DNA from: Candidatus Giovannonibacteria bacterium RIFCSPLOWO2_02_FULL_43_54
Lineage (GTDB): Bacteria > Patescibacteriota > Minisyncoccia > UBA11713 > 2-01-FULL-45-33
Length of the DNA stretch: 43,698 bases
Reading direction: 5' to 3'
Assembly (NCBI GenBank): GCA_001778875.1
Contig: MFIK01000010.1
Coordinates: 4,936-48,633, forward strand
Shown here: piece by piece, positions 17,951-27,656 of the stretch
Layout: every line of letters starts with the position of its first letter
How positions within the stretch are numbered: the first letter of the stretch is position 1
Made by a program: the position numbers and the translations under genes
Notes under the pieces: model-generated
Databases searched by the model: none
What the model was told of the DNA's origin: nothing
Seen by the model: the letters and a program-made list of their open reading frames with translations, nothing else

Positions 17951-18656
17951 AAAACAAAATTACTTCAGATATTCGGTTTTGGCGGTCTTTTCCGCCGCCG
18001 TGATAATGCTCGCGGTCATTTTTTTAAAAGTAAAGGGGGCGGAAACTCTTGTTTTTAAATTATTTTCAAAAGCGAATTTTTTGAGGCCGCTCGCGATCGG
18101 ACAAAATAATCAGGAATCGGTGCTTCTACTTGCCAAGATCTCGGACTTAGAAAAAGAAAATCAGCTATTGAGAGAGAGCGTCGGTTTGGGCGGTACACAG
18201 GGCGAAATCCCTGCGAAAGTCGTATTGGGAGGCGGATATATTTTTTCTGAAGCTCTTTATATAAACGAAGGTTCGGGTTCTGAAATTCACGCCGGCGACA
18301 TTGTTTTATCGCCGGAGAAAATTTTTGTCGGAAAAATATCGGAGGTTGGAAGAGATTGGAGCAAAATCAAGCCATTCGGCGCTTTGGGCGAAAAAATTGT
18401 CTTGCGGTTCGGTCCGAATAAGGAAATTGCCGTTTTTGCAACAGGATTAGGCCGCGGGGAATTGAGTGCGGAGCTTCCGAAAGATACGCAAATAATGCCC
18501 GGCGAAACAGTATGGCTTGGAGAAAAACCCGAGTATGCCGCCGGCCTCATTTCGGAGGCCGGCAAAGTTGATGGCGGAGAGATCCAAAATATCATTATCA
18601 AAAGCCAGCTTCCTTTCGGCTCGCTGTTAAATATCGTTATCTTAAAAAGCCGGTGA
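17931..18656 (+). CDS. mreC: Rod shape-determining protein MreC
   Basis: N-terminal transmembrane helix, coiled coil LEKENQLLRE and beta-rich domain; follows mreB. Confidence 0.8.
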   Translation: MTFLQHKKQNYFRYSVLAVFSAAVIMLAVIFLKVKGAETLVFKLFSKANFLRPLAIGQNNQESVLLLAKISDLEKENQLLRESVGLGGTQGEIPAKVVLGGGYIFSEALYINEGSGSEIHAGDIVLSPEKIFVGKISEVGRDWSKIKPFGALGEKIVLRFGPNKEIAVFATGLGRGELSAELPKDTQIMPGETVWLGEKPEYAAGLISEAGKVDGGEIQNIIIKSQLPFGSLLNIVILKSR

Positions 18657-18955
18657 TCTCTATTATTTTTCCTCTGCTTATCGGTTTTGTGTTCGATATC
18701 TTGGCCGGAATAAAATTCGGTTTTTATTTCGTTCCGGCGCTGATAATGAGCGTGGTATTTTATTTTTTGCCTTTTATTTTTGTCTGGCTAAATATCGCCA
18801 TCGCGTATCTCGCGGCTTTCGTGGCCATGATTATCTGGTCTTATTTTCTTGCTGGCATGAATTTTTCTTCCTCGCGGTTCATAAGCCATATCGCGTTATA
18901 TTTACTAATCATCGGGGTGACTCTATATTTAATAAATGTCTTACAAAAAAAATAG
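18653..18955 (+). CDS. mreD: Small membrane protein, probable divergent MreD
   Basis: Hydrophobic ORF with GFVFDILAG, located between mreC and pbp2. Confidence 0.55.
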   Translation: MISIIFPLLIGFVFDILAGIKFGFYFVPALIMSVVFYFLPFIFVWLNIAIAYLAAFVAMIIWSYFLAGMNFSSSRFISHIALYLLIIGVTLYLINVLQKK

Positions 18956-20654
18956 GCGGGGGATCGAATTCGAAGAAATTTTCCTCGATGCCGCGAATAT
19001 GCCCGGATATCATAAGGAAAATCTCGAGGGATCGATCGAAAACCCGATAAAAAATAAAATATTTTTGGCGCTCGGCGCGGTTTTTTTTCTATTGGGCGGA
19101 TTATTTTTGACGAGGCTCGGATATCTCCAGATTGTAAAAGGCGATGCTTTGCGGGAAAGATCCGAGAATAATTATATAAAGATCTCAAAGACCGAGGCCG
19201 CGCGTGGGATAATTTATGACCGGAACGGTGCACCGCTTCTTAGTAATGCGCAAGGTGGTGGTGGTGGTGATGATGATTGGGAAAGGATTTATCCGGAATC
19301 AGGTTTTTTACACTTGATCGGCTTTACAAGCAGGGCGAATAAAACGCCTGGCGACCCGAAGCAAATTGAGGGGGTAGCCGGACTCGAAGCCTCATACGAT
19401 GAATTGCTTCGCGGGACCGCGGGCCGGGCGATCGAAGAAGTCGACGCGAAAGGGAAAATAGTCAGCTCTGGCATCGGAGAACCGAGCAGTGCAGGCAAGA
19501 ATCTTCTTACATCGATCGATAAAAACCTTCAGCTCAAATTGACAGAAATAATCATGCAAACGGCCGCTGACTATGGATTTACAGGCGGGGTGGGAATAGT
19601 AATGGATGTGACGAACGGCGAAATTGTCGCGATGACCAGTGTGCCTGAATTCGACCCGAACATTTTGGTAAGCGGCGATAAAAATTCTCCGGAAGCAGTA
19701 GCGGCCCTGGTAAACGACCGGAAAAAACCTTTTTTGAACCGCGCGGTCGGCGGTTTGTATCCGCCTGGCTCGGTCGTAAAACCTGCGGTTGCGCTGGGAG
19801 CTTTGGCGGAGCGCGTAATAAAGCCGGAGACGCAAATATTGAGTACTGGCTCAATATCTATTCCAAATCCTTATTTTCCGGACAAACCTACGGTGTTTAA
19901 TGATTGGAAAGCTCATGGATGGGTTGATATGCGAAGAGCAATAGCGGTTTCCTCGGATGTGTATTTTTATGAAGTTGGCGGAGGGTACGGCGACCAGAAA
20001 GGTTTGGGGGTGAATAATCTTAAAAAATATTTTTCACTTTTCGGATTCGGAGAACGCACGGAAATAGATATGCCGGGAGAGAAAGAAGGGTACGTTCCGG
20101 ATGCCCAAAACAACAAGAACAAAAGGGCATGGAACATAGGCGATACTTATCGTTTGACGATAGGGCAGGGCGATTTTTTGGCGACCCCGATGCAAGTTGC
20201 GGTCTATACGGCGGCACTTGCGTCAAAGGGGATTCTCGAGTATCCTCATTTAGTAAAGGCAACCATGGGCAACAACAAAGAAGCGGATGAGTGGTTTGAT
20301 TATGCGCCGAAAAGAACGGACTTGCGCGACACCATACCGGAAGATTTTTTTACTGTAATTCATGAGGCAATGAGGGGAAGCGCCACGTATGGAACAGCTT
20401 CGGGCTTGGGAGGACTTCCAATAGCGGTTGCCGCGAAAACAGGTACGGCCGAGATTGGGGATACGGGGAGGGTGCATTCATGGTCCATCGGATTTTTCCC
20501 ATATGACAAGCCACGGCTTGCGTTTACCATACTTATGGAAAATGGCTCCGCGGCAAATCTGGTAGGAGGGACTCATGTTGCGTTACAAATGATACAATGG
20601 ATTGCACAAAACAATTTCTTATCCAAGCTGGATAATGGTATAATTATTAAATAA
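18936..20654 (+). CDS. mrdA: Class B penicillin-binding protein 2
   Basis: PGSVVK (SxxK), SSD and KTGTAE motifs; RGIIYDRNG; in the mre operon. Confidence 0.9.
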   Translation: MSYKKNRRGIEFEEIFLDAANMPGYHKENLEGSIENPIKNKIFLALGAVFFLLGGLFLTRLGYLQIVKGDALRERSENNYIKISKTEAARGIIYDRNGAPLLSNAQGGGGGDDDWERIYPESGFLHLIGFTSRANKTPGDPKQIEGVAGLEASYDELLRGTAGRAIEEVDAKGKIVSSGIGEPSSAGKNLLTSIDKNLQLKLTEIIMQTAADYGFTGGVGIVMDVTNGEIVAMTSVPEFDPNILVSGDKNSPEAVAALVNDRKKPFLNRAVGGLYPPGSVVKPAVALGALAERVIKPETQILSTGSISIPNPYFPDKPTVFNDWKAHGWVDMRRAIAVSSDVYFYEVGGGYGDQKGLGVNNLKKYFSLFGFGERTEIDMPGEKEGYVPDAQNNKNKRAWNIGDTYRLTIGQGDFLATPMQVAVYTAALASKGILEYPHLVKATMGNNKEADEWFDYAPKRTDLRDTIPEDFFTVIHEAMRGSATYGTASGLGGLPIAVAAKTGTAEIGDTGRVHSWSIGFFPYDKPRLAFTILMENGSAANLVGGTHVALQMIQWIAQNNFLSKLDNGIIIK

Positions 20655-20669
20655 ACAAAAAACAAATAT

Positions 20670-21137
20670 ATGCAGGATGATTCACAATATTTTAGCAAAG
20701 AGGGCCTGGAAAAATTAAAAACCGAGCTTGAATTTTTAAAGACCAAAAAACGTAAAGAAATTGCCGATCGTTTAGAATTTGCAAAAAGCTTGGGGGACCT
20801 TTCGGAGAACGCTGAATATTCGGAAGCAAAAGAAGCGCAAATGCTCAACGAATCAAAGATCGCCGAATTTGAGGATATTTTAAGGCGCGCGGTCATCGTG
20901 GCTCACGATTCAAAGCAGGACAAAGTTGACATAGGTTCAGAAGTTGTTATTGAAGATGACAAAGGCAAGCAGATGAAATTAATAATTGTGGGTTCGCAGG
21001 AATCATCTCCGGCGGAAAACAAAATTTCAAACGAATCCCCGCTGGGAAAAGCCGTTTTGGGACACAAAAAAAATGAAAGCGTGAAAGCCTTTACGCCGTT
21101 AGGCGAAAGAGTATATAAAATTATCCAAATAATTTAG
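20670..21137 (+). CDS. greA: Transcription elongation factor GreA
   Basis: GDLSENAEY and ISNESPLGKA motifs. Confidence 0.97.
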   Translation: MQDDSQYFSKEGLEKLKTELEFLKTKKRKEIADRLEFAKSLGDLSENAEYSEAKEAQMLNESKIAEFEDILRRAVIVAHDSKQDKVDIGSEVVIEDDKGKQMKLIIVGSQESSPAENKISNESPLGKAVLGHKKNESVKAFTPLGERVYKIIQII

Positions 21138-21141
21138 TTTA

Positions 21142-22617
21142 ATGTCCGCCGGAGAAGAAATCCGAAAGGAGAGGATAAAAAAACTTGAAAAACTGGCCGA
21201 AAATAAAATAAATCCTTATCCGGCTAAGGTTGATTTTGCGCGGACGGAAATCGCGGAGGTAAAAGCGAATTTTAAAAAACTCGCCTCTAAAAAACCGAAA
21301 CCTATCGGCATCGTAGGGCGCGTTTTGGCGAAAAGGGGACACGGCGGAATAATGTTTTTGGACGTCTATGATGGGACGGAAAAACTGCAAGTTTTGGCCG
21401 CCGAAGACAAATTGGAAAAAGAAACATATTCTTTGCTTCAGGAAACAATAGATGTGGGGGATTTCATCGCGGTCTGGGGGAAGCCTTTTTATACAAAGCG
21501 CAAAGAGCCGACAATTGTGGTGGAAAAGTGGCAGATGCTTTCGAAATCATTACGCCCGCTTCCCGAAAAATGGCACGGCCTCGTGGACGTTGAAGAGCGT
21601 TTCAGAAAAAGATATTTGGATATTTTGATGAATGGTGAAGTAAAAGGAAAAGCAATTGTTCGCAGTAAGATCATTTCTGCGTTGCGGAGCTTCTTGGACA
21701 ACGAAGGTTTTCTTGAAGTAGAAACGCCGGTTTTACAAACCCTCGCGGGAGGGACTTCAGCAAGGCCTTTCAAAACCCATCACAACACGCTTGATATCGA
21801 TCTTAACCTTCGGATAGCGCTTGAAATACATTTAAAACAGCTTCTTGTCGGTGGTTTGCCGAAAGTATATGAGATGGGCCGGATATTCCGAAACGAAGGG
21901 ATAGACGCCACACACAACCCGGAATTTACGATGCTTGAAGCTTACGCCGCGTACTGGGACGAAGAGCAGTTGATGAAATTCATCGAAAAACTAACCGGAG
22001 AGCTTGCAAAAACAGTATCAGGAAACAAAGCTGTTGTTTTCGGCGAAAATAAAATTTCATTCAAGCCGCCGTTCAAGCGGATAAACTTTTTCGACGCGCT
22101 TGAACGCTACGCGATGATAATGGATTACGGAAAAAAAACTAGAGATGAACTTGTTACGATAGCGCTCCGCTTCGGTTTAAATCCGGAACCGCACGATTCA
22201 AAAGGAAAGATCGCTGATAAGATATTTGCCAAGGTCTGTCGGCCGAAATTGATCAATCCTACGTTCGTAATGAACTATCCGGCCGATATCCTTCCTTTGG
22301 CAAAACGCTCTGAAAAAGATCCCGGGACGGTTATTGCGTTTCAGCTGATAGCCGGAGGCATTGAACTGGTTAAGGCATTTAACGAATTAAATGACCCGAT
22401 TGACCAGCGCGAACGTTTTAAAAAAGAACTGGAAAATAAAGAAAAGGGAGATTACGAAGCACAGCCAATGGATGAAGAATTTATCGAGGCCCTTGAATAC
22501 GGCATGCCTCCGGCCGCCGGCTTCGGCATCGGCATCGATCGCCTCGTCATGCTCTTAACCAACACTGACAACGTCAAAGAAATTATCTTATTTCCGACAA
22601 TGAAGCCTAAATCTTAA
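21142..22617 (+). CDS. lysS: Lysine--tRNA ligase (class II)
   Basis: LRPLPEKWHG, FRNEGIDATHNPEF and YGMPPAAGFGIGIDRL motifs. Confidence 0.97.
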   Translation: MSAGEEIRKERIKKLEKLAENKINPYPAKVDFARTEIAEVKANFKKLASKKPKPIGIVGRVLAKRGHGGIMFLDVYDGTEKLQVLAAEDKLEKETYSLLQETIDVGDFIAVWGKPFYTKRKEPTIVVEKWQMLSKSLRPLPEKWHGLVDVEERFRKRYLDILMNGEVKGKAIVRSKIISALRSFLDNEGFLEVETPVLQTLAGGTSARPFKTHHNTLDIDLNLRIALEIHLKQLLVGGLPKVYEMGRIFRNEGIDATHNPEFTMLEAYAAYWDEEQLMKFIEKLTGELAKTVSGNKAVVFGENKISFKPPFKRINFFDALERYAMIMDYGKKTRDELVTIALRFGLNPEPHDSKGKIADKIFAKVCRPKLINPTFVMNYPADILPLAKRSEKDPGTVIAFQLIAGGIELVKAFNELNDPIDQRERFKKELENKEKGDYEAQPMDEEFIEALEYGMPPAAGFGIGIDRLVMLLTNTDNVKEIILFPTMKPKS

Positions 22618-22636
22618 TTCATGCTATAATAAAATT

Positions 22637-22813
22637 ATGAGCGACTATATGATAAAAATATTCATAGTTTTATTATTACTTCTTATTTTGAGTCTTGTTC
22701 CGATTTGGCCGGTTGCGAGTATATTTGGTGAATGGAAAATCAATTCGCTCGAATATTTCGGCGGCTGCTGGCAGGGAGATGTCCGGATATGCGATTACAA
22801 TCCATTTGATTGA
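22637..22813 (+). CDS. Small 58-aa membrane or exported peptide (not in the ORF track)
   Basis: MSDYMIKIFIVLLLLLILSLVPIWPVASIFGEWKINSLEYFGGCWQGDVRICDYNPFD; extended -10 TGCTATAAT lies 6 nt upstream of the ATG. Confidence 0.6.
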   Translation: MSDYMIKIFIVLLLLLILSLVPIWPVASIFGEWKINSLEYFGGCWQGDVRICDYNPFD

Positions 22814-22933
22814 ATCTGTGAATAACTTAGCTTAAAGCCACAAAATCCGGCTTTAAATAAGGGCTCGACGTGAGTCGCGGCTCTTTTAGTTTCACTTGAA
22901 TATGTTTCATTGATGGGATATACTAAAAGCGAG

Positions 22934-22972
22934 GTGGGATAAAGTGGATAAATCTGTGGATAATGTGGATAA
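22934..22972 (+). promoter_or_regulatory. GTGG repeats upstream of mraZ (MraZ operator-like), two of which are perfect DnaA boxes
   Basis: GTGGG 22934, GTGGA 22944, and TGTGGATAA at 22955-22963 and 22964-22972. Confidence 0.65.
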
Positions 22973-23004
22973 CTTTAATAAACCGGCTTAAAGCTTAAAT
23001 AAAA

Positions 23005-23439
23005 ATGTTAATAGGGGAGTATCTGCATACGATAGATAATAAGAACCGCCTCTCTGTTCCTTCAAAATTTCGAAAGGAGTTGGGAAAAACGGTTATTTTG
23101 ACGCGCGGTTTGGACAAATGCCTTTTTCTTTATCCGGTAGCCGAATGGAAAGTGCTCGCCGACAAACTTGCCAAACTGCCGCTTGGAAAATCCGACACCA
23201 GAAGCTTTGTCCGCACAATGATCGCTGGTGCGACCGACATTGAGATAGACGCGCTTGGAAGAATTTTGCTTCCGGACTATCTGAAAGTTTATGGGAACCT
23301 TAAAGAAGCTGCGATGGTTGTGGGACTCTACAAACGCGTTGAGATCTGGTCTCCGGAATTGTGGCAGACATACAGCGAGAACGCATCAAACAGCGTGGAG
23401 AAGGTCGCGGAGAAATTGGGAGAGGCCGGACTATACTGA
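23005..23439 (+). CDS. mraZ: Transcriptional regulator MraZ
   Basis: IDNKNRLSVPSKFR, TRGLDKCL, DALGRILLP and RVEIWS motifs. Confidence 0.97.
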   Translation: MLIGEYLHTIDNKNRLSVPSKFRKELGKTVILTRGLDKCLFLYPVAEWKVLADKLAKLPLGKSDTRSFVRTMIAGATDIEIDALGRILLPDYLKVYGNLKEAAMVVGLYKRVEIWSPELWQTYSENASNSVEKVAEKLGEAGLY

Positions 23440-24314
23440 TGAGCATTCATGTACCGGTTTTGGCGGGCGAGGTAAAAGTACTTTTAAATCTGAAAGATGG
23501 AGATAAGGCGATCGATGCGACGATGGGCGCGGGCGGCCACACAAGAGGCATTCTTTTCTCGGTCGGTGGATCGGGAAGAGTGCTCGCGATAGAGCAGGAC
23601 GTGGAGATGATAAAAATGTTCGGCGATGTGCCGCAAAATCTGACCGTCGAGAACGCGAATTTCAGGCAGATAGACGATCTTGCGGAAAGAAACGGCTTTG
23701 CCACGGCGGACGCGATATTGTTTGACCTTGGAATATCGCGCTGGCATTTCATTGAAAGCGGCAGGGGATTTACTTTCGGGAATCCTAATGAACCGCTAAT
23801 AATGAATCTCGATAAAAATTCCGATGTAAGCGCCGCATCGATCCTAAACAGTATGGACGAAAGGGGTCTCGCAGGAATGTTCGCGGAGCTTGGCGAGATA
23901 CGGCCGGATATCGCAAGGAAGCTGGCAAGAGAAATAGCAGAGACAAGAAAGAAAAGAAAATTCGTCAAAGTCGGAGATTTGCTCGCCGTTGTCAGTAAAG
24001 CGGTACTCAAAAGAGGCAAATTGCACGAAGCAACCAAGATATTCCAGGCGCTAAGAATTAAAGTGAACGAAGAACTTGAAAATTTAGATATAGCGCAAAA
24101 AAAAGCTTTCGATATTCTCGCCACCGGAGGACACCTTGCAATAATATCCTTCCATTCGCTGGAAGACAGAATAGTAAAAAATTATTTTCGGGAATTATCG
24201 AAAAACGGCAAAGCGGTCATTTTGACAAAAAAACCGGTTATCGCGCGAAGGGAAGAAATTTTACAAAATCCCTCAGCAAGGAGCGCTAAATTAAGAGTAA
24301 TAGAGAAAATTTAA
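23439..24314 (+). CDS. rsmH: 16S rRNA (cytosine1402-N4)-methyltransferase
   Basis: HVPVL, DATMGAGGH, FDLGIS, FQALRI, ISFHSLEDR and RSAKLR motifs; start at MSIHVP (TGATG overlap with mraZ). Confidence 0.96.
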   Translation: MSIHVPVLAGEVKVLLNLKDGDKAIDATMGAGGHTRGILFSVGGSGRVLAIEQDVEMIKMFGDVPQNLTVENANFRQIDDLAERNGFATADAILFDLGISRWHFIESGRGFTFGNPNEPLIMNLDKNSDVSAASILNSMDERGLAGMFAELGEIRPDIARKLAREIAETRKKRKFVKVGDLLAVVSKAVLKRGKLHEATKIFQALRIKVNEELENLDIAQKKAFDILATGGHLAIISFHSLEDRIVKNYFRELSKNGKAVILTKKPVIARREEILQNPSARSAKLRVIEKI

Positions 24315-24323
24315 ATAAATAAA

Positions 24324-24671
24324 ATGAGTTTTTTGGAATTATCATTATATACATACGAAAGCCCGGTATTGTATGCGGCAAAAAGAAAGGCTATATTGAA
24401 AACCGGCCTTTTTATGCTGATCATATCGGTAATTTGCTATATCTTGTTTTCGGGAGCGATCGTCACCAATAATTTAAAAAAAACGGAGTTGGTTCGCGAA
24501 TTGAACGCCGAATCTCGCGTGCTGGAAGGAGTGCGTTCGGAACTCGTCGCCGGAGACGCAATGCTTACGATCGATTATCTCGGAGGGTTAGGCTATAAAG
24601 AAACAAAAAACCTAAATATTTTAAAACGAACGAATAATGTTGCGGACAACAACACAAAATCCTACCAATAG
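24324..24671 (+). CDS. ftsL: FtsL-like cell division protein
   Basis: Single transmembrane helix plus coiled coil, between rsmH and ftsI; positional call. Confidence 0.55.
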   Translation: MSFLELSLYTYESPVLYAAKRKAILKTGLFMLIISVICYILFSGAIVTNNLKKTELVRELNAESRVLEGVRSELVAGDAMLTIDYLGGLGYKETKNLNILKRTNNVADNNTKSYQ

Positions 24672-26337
24672 AATAAACACGATAATTTTGATCGTAGTTC
24701 TGATAGGAGTCCTGATAGGCATCAGGCTTTTTTTTCTGCAGGTGGTGAACTACAGCTATTATGAAGCGCGGGCGGAGGGCCAGCAAAGCTTCAAAAAAAT
24801 ACTGGAAGCCAAACGGGGGAATATTTTGGCGAAAACAAAAACCGGCGAGGAAGTTTTTTTAGCGGCGACCAGGAACGGTTATATTTTATTCTTAAATAAT
24901 AAACTTTTACAGGTACAGGAAAAAGACTGGCTTTATGATAAATTAAACGGCGTAACGCCGATCGATAAAGCGCTTTTTACAAAAGCAGTGTTGAAAGAAA
25001 ACGATCCGTATGAAATTTTAAAAAGGCGCGTTAGTCAAAATGAAGCCGACGCAATTACCGCGCTCAAGCTGCGGGGGGTCGGTTTGGAACCGGAAAGCTG
25101 GAGGTATTATCCTTTGGGGATGTTTGCCGCCCACGCGCTCGGATTTATCGCGGAATCTGATAAAGGAGAATTGGAAGGCAAATACGGAATTGAAAAATAT
25201 TATAATCTTAAATTAAACGGCGAGGAAGGAGCGATAGTTGCCGACAGAGACGCCAATGGCCTGCTTATTGCGCTTGGAAAACAATTGGTGACGGACGCGG
25301 AAGAAGGGGAAAATATAACACTGACCATTGATCCCGATCTGCAGCGTTTTGTTGAAGCGGAAACTGTGAAAGTTATGGAAAAATGGAGTGCCATAAGCGC
25401 GGGAACGATAATTATCGAACCAAAAACAGGGAGGATCAGGGCTATTGTAGCGGCTCCGGCTTTTGATCCGAATGAATACCAAAAAGAAAAAAATCTCGGG
25501 GTATTTTTAAACCCTTTTACTGAAAAAATATTCGAGATGGGTTCGGTTTTTAAGCCTCTCACGATAGCCGCGGCGCTCGACCGGGGTGTTATTACGCCCG
25601 AAACAACATATGTCGACAAAGGCGAAGTAAAGATAGGAACCGCCGTCATACATAATTACGATTATAAGGCACGTGGAACTGTTAATATGACGCACATACT
25701 GGAAGAATCATTGAATACAGGTGCGGTTTTTGCCATGCAAAAAGTCGGCGGAGAAAGGCTGCGGGAATATTTTCATAATTATGGTCTGGGAGAAAAATTG
25801 GGCATCGATCTGCCAGGCGAATTAAAAGGTGACCTTTCAAATTTGGATTCCGGCCGGGAAGTGGAATTTGCAACGGCATCTTTCGGCCAGGGGATAGCAG
25901 TAACTCCGATCGAACTTGCAATGGCTTTGTCTTCTCTCGGCAACGGAGGCAAGCTGATGAGGCCTTATTTGAACGCGGCAAATTCTCCGCAGATGATACG
26001 CCAGGCAATAAAGCCGGAAACATCAACGACGATCAGCAAAATGCTCGTGGATGTTGTGGATCTCGCTTTAGCGGGAGGCAACGCAAAGATCGCGGGATAC
26101 AGTATTGCCGCGAAAACCGGCACGGCGCAAATCCCGAAAAAAGACGGAAAAGGATATAGCGACCAATATCTGCACACTTTTTTCGGTTATTTTCCGGCGT
26201 ATAACCCGCAATATTTGATATTGATGTTCCTGGAAAAGCCGCAAGGAGTAAAATACGCGTCACATTCGCTTACGGATACTTTTAGCGAATTGGTAGAATT
26301 TATGATAAGTTATTACACAATTCCACCGGACAGATAA
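24637..26337 (+). CDS. ftsI: Class B penicillin-binding protein (FtsI/PBP3-like)
   Basis: GSVFK, SLN and KTGTAQ motifs; dcw position. Confidence 0.9.
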   Translation: MLRTTTQNPTNRINTIILIVVLIGVLIGIRLFFLQVVNYSYYEARAEGQQSFKKILEAKRGNILAKTKTGEEVFLAATRNGYILFLNNKLLQVQEKDWLYDKLNGVTPIDKALFTKAVLKENDPYEILKRRVSQNEADAITALKLRGVGLEPESWRYYPLGMFAAHALGFIAESDKGELEGKYGIEKYYNLKLNGEEGAIVADRDANGLLIALGKQLVTDAEEGENITLTIDPDLQRFVEAETVKVMEKWSAISAGTIIIEPKTGRIRAIVAAPAFDPNEYQKEKNLGVFLNPFTEKIFEMGSVFKPLTIAAALDRGVITPETTYVDKGEVKIGTAVIHNYDYKARGTVNMTHILEESLNTGAVFAMQKVGGERLREYFHNYGLGEKLGIDLPGELKGDLSNLDSGREVEFATASFGQGIAVTPIELAMALSSLGNGGKLMRPYLNAANSPQMIRQAIKPETSTTISKMLVDVVDLALAGGNAKIAGYSIAAKTGTAQIPKKDGKGYSDQYLHTFFGYFPAYNPQYLILMFLEKPQGVKYASHSLTDTFSELVEFMISYYTIPPDR

Positions 26338-26342
26338 AATTT

Positions 26343-27638
26343 ATGAATTTTTTTAAAAAAATAGTCACTTCAACATTGGTGATGCTGGCAAAAAGGGCAA
26401 TCGGGCGATTCAGGCCTAAAATAATCGGCATCACAGGCTCCGTTGGCAAATCGTCCGCCAAAGAAGCGATTGCGGTTGTGTTGGGAAGCAGATATGACGT
26501 GCGAAAAAGCCAGAAAAGCTATAATAGCGAGATAGGCCTTGCGATGGCGGTTTTGGGTTTGAGTACGGCATGGAGGAGCTCCGTCGGCTGGCTCAAAAAT
26601 ATTATACTTGGATTTCAAGTCGCATACGGCCCGCTTTGTTGGCTCAAAACGGGCAAAACATTTTCAAAAATCTTAATACTTGAAATGGGAGTAGATAGGC
26701 CTAATGATTTTGATAAATTACTGAAAATAGTAAAACCAGACATCGGAGTTGTGACGGCCATCGGACAAATTCCCGTCCACGTTGAATTTTTCTCGGGGTC
26801 GGAAGCGGTGGCTAAAGAAAAATCGAAACTGATAAAAAGTCTCTCGTCGGATGGCACCGCGATATTGAATTTCGACGACGAAGTAGTTTGGGAAATGCAC
26901 GAAAGAACCAAGGCTAAAGTCTTTTCTTTCGGATTTGGGAGTGGCGGGGACATGCGGGCATCAAATTATAAAATAGATCTCACCGGGATTAATTTTAAAT
27001 TGAAAAAAGACGGTGCGTCGGTTCCTGTACGTTTAAATAAAGTATATGGAAAACAGCATGTTTACGCAGCAATGGCCGGGGCCTCGGTCGGATTGGCATT
27101 TGGCATGAATCTAATAGAAATTTCCGAAGCTCTCCAAAAATATTCTGCTCCTCCTGGAAGGCTGAAATTGATCGAGGGAATAAAAAACAGCTGGGTATTG
27201 GACGATTCATACAATGCCTCGCCTTTAGCAGCTCATGCGGCGCTCGACGTGCTCGGCGATCTCCAAACAAATGGAAGAAAGATAGTAGTTTTCGGCGATA
27301 TGCTGGAAATTGGCAAATATACAATAGAAGCCCATAAAACGCTCGGTCAGCTCTCTGCAAAATACGCCGATCATATCGTTACCGTTGGCCCGCGCTCAAA
27401 ATTTACGGCGGAAGGCGCAATCTCTTCCGGCACGCCAAAAGAAAACGTAAAAAGTTTTTCGACATCGGATGAAGCAGCGCCATACATTAAGGAATTAATA
27501 AAAAAAAGCGACTTGATCTTAGTAAAGGGTTCGCAGGGCATGCGCATGGAAAAAGTGGTTTTGGAAATTATGGCGCATCCGGAAGACGCGGAGAAACTGT
27601 TGGTGAGGCAGGATGAATATTGGAGAGATAAAAAATAG
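26343..27638 (+). CDS. murF: UDP-N-acetylmuramoyl-tripeptide--D-Ala-D-Ala ligase
   Basis: ITGSVGKSS, SYNSEIG, LEMG, DDSYNASP, GDMLEIG and LVKGS motifs. Confidence 0.93.
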   Translation: MNFFKKIVTSTLVMLAKRAIGRFRPKIIGITGSVGKSSAKEAIAVVLGSRYDVRKSQKSYNSEIGLAMAVLGLSTAWRSSVGWLKNIILGFQVAYGPLCWLKTGKTFSKILILEMGVDRPNDFDKLLKIVKPDIGVVTAIGQIPVHVEFFSGSEAVAKEKSKLIKSLSSDGTAILNFDDEVVWEMHERTKAKVFSFGFGSGGDMRASNYKIDLTGINFKLKKDGASVPVRLNKVYGKQHVYAAMAGASVGLAFGMNLIEISEALQKYSAPPGRLKLIEGIKNSWVLDDSYNASPLAAHAALDVLGDLQTNGRKIVVFGDMLEIGKYTIEAHKTLGQLSAKYADHIVTVGPRSKFTAEGAISSGTPKENVKSFSTSDEAAPYIKELIKKSDLILVKGSQGMRMEKVVLEIMAHPEDAEKLLVRQDEYWRDKK

Positions 27639-27656
27639 GTGTATAATAGACAATAT

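Noticed and set aside
22817-22990. Replication origin
   Set aside because: Few DnaA boxes, no dnaA/dnaN nearby, and the repeats are explained by the mraZ promoter; GC skew cannot be assessed from this window.
26629-26654. Possible palindromic insertion in murF (GCCCGCTTTG...CAAAACGGGC)
   Set aside because: Single imperfect hairpin in a variable region with no second copy in the window; insufficient support.
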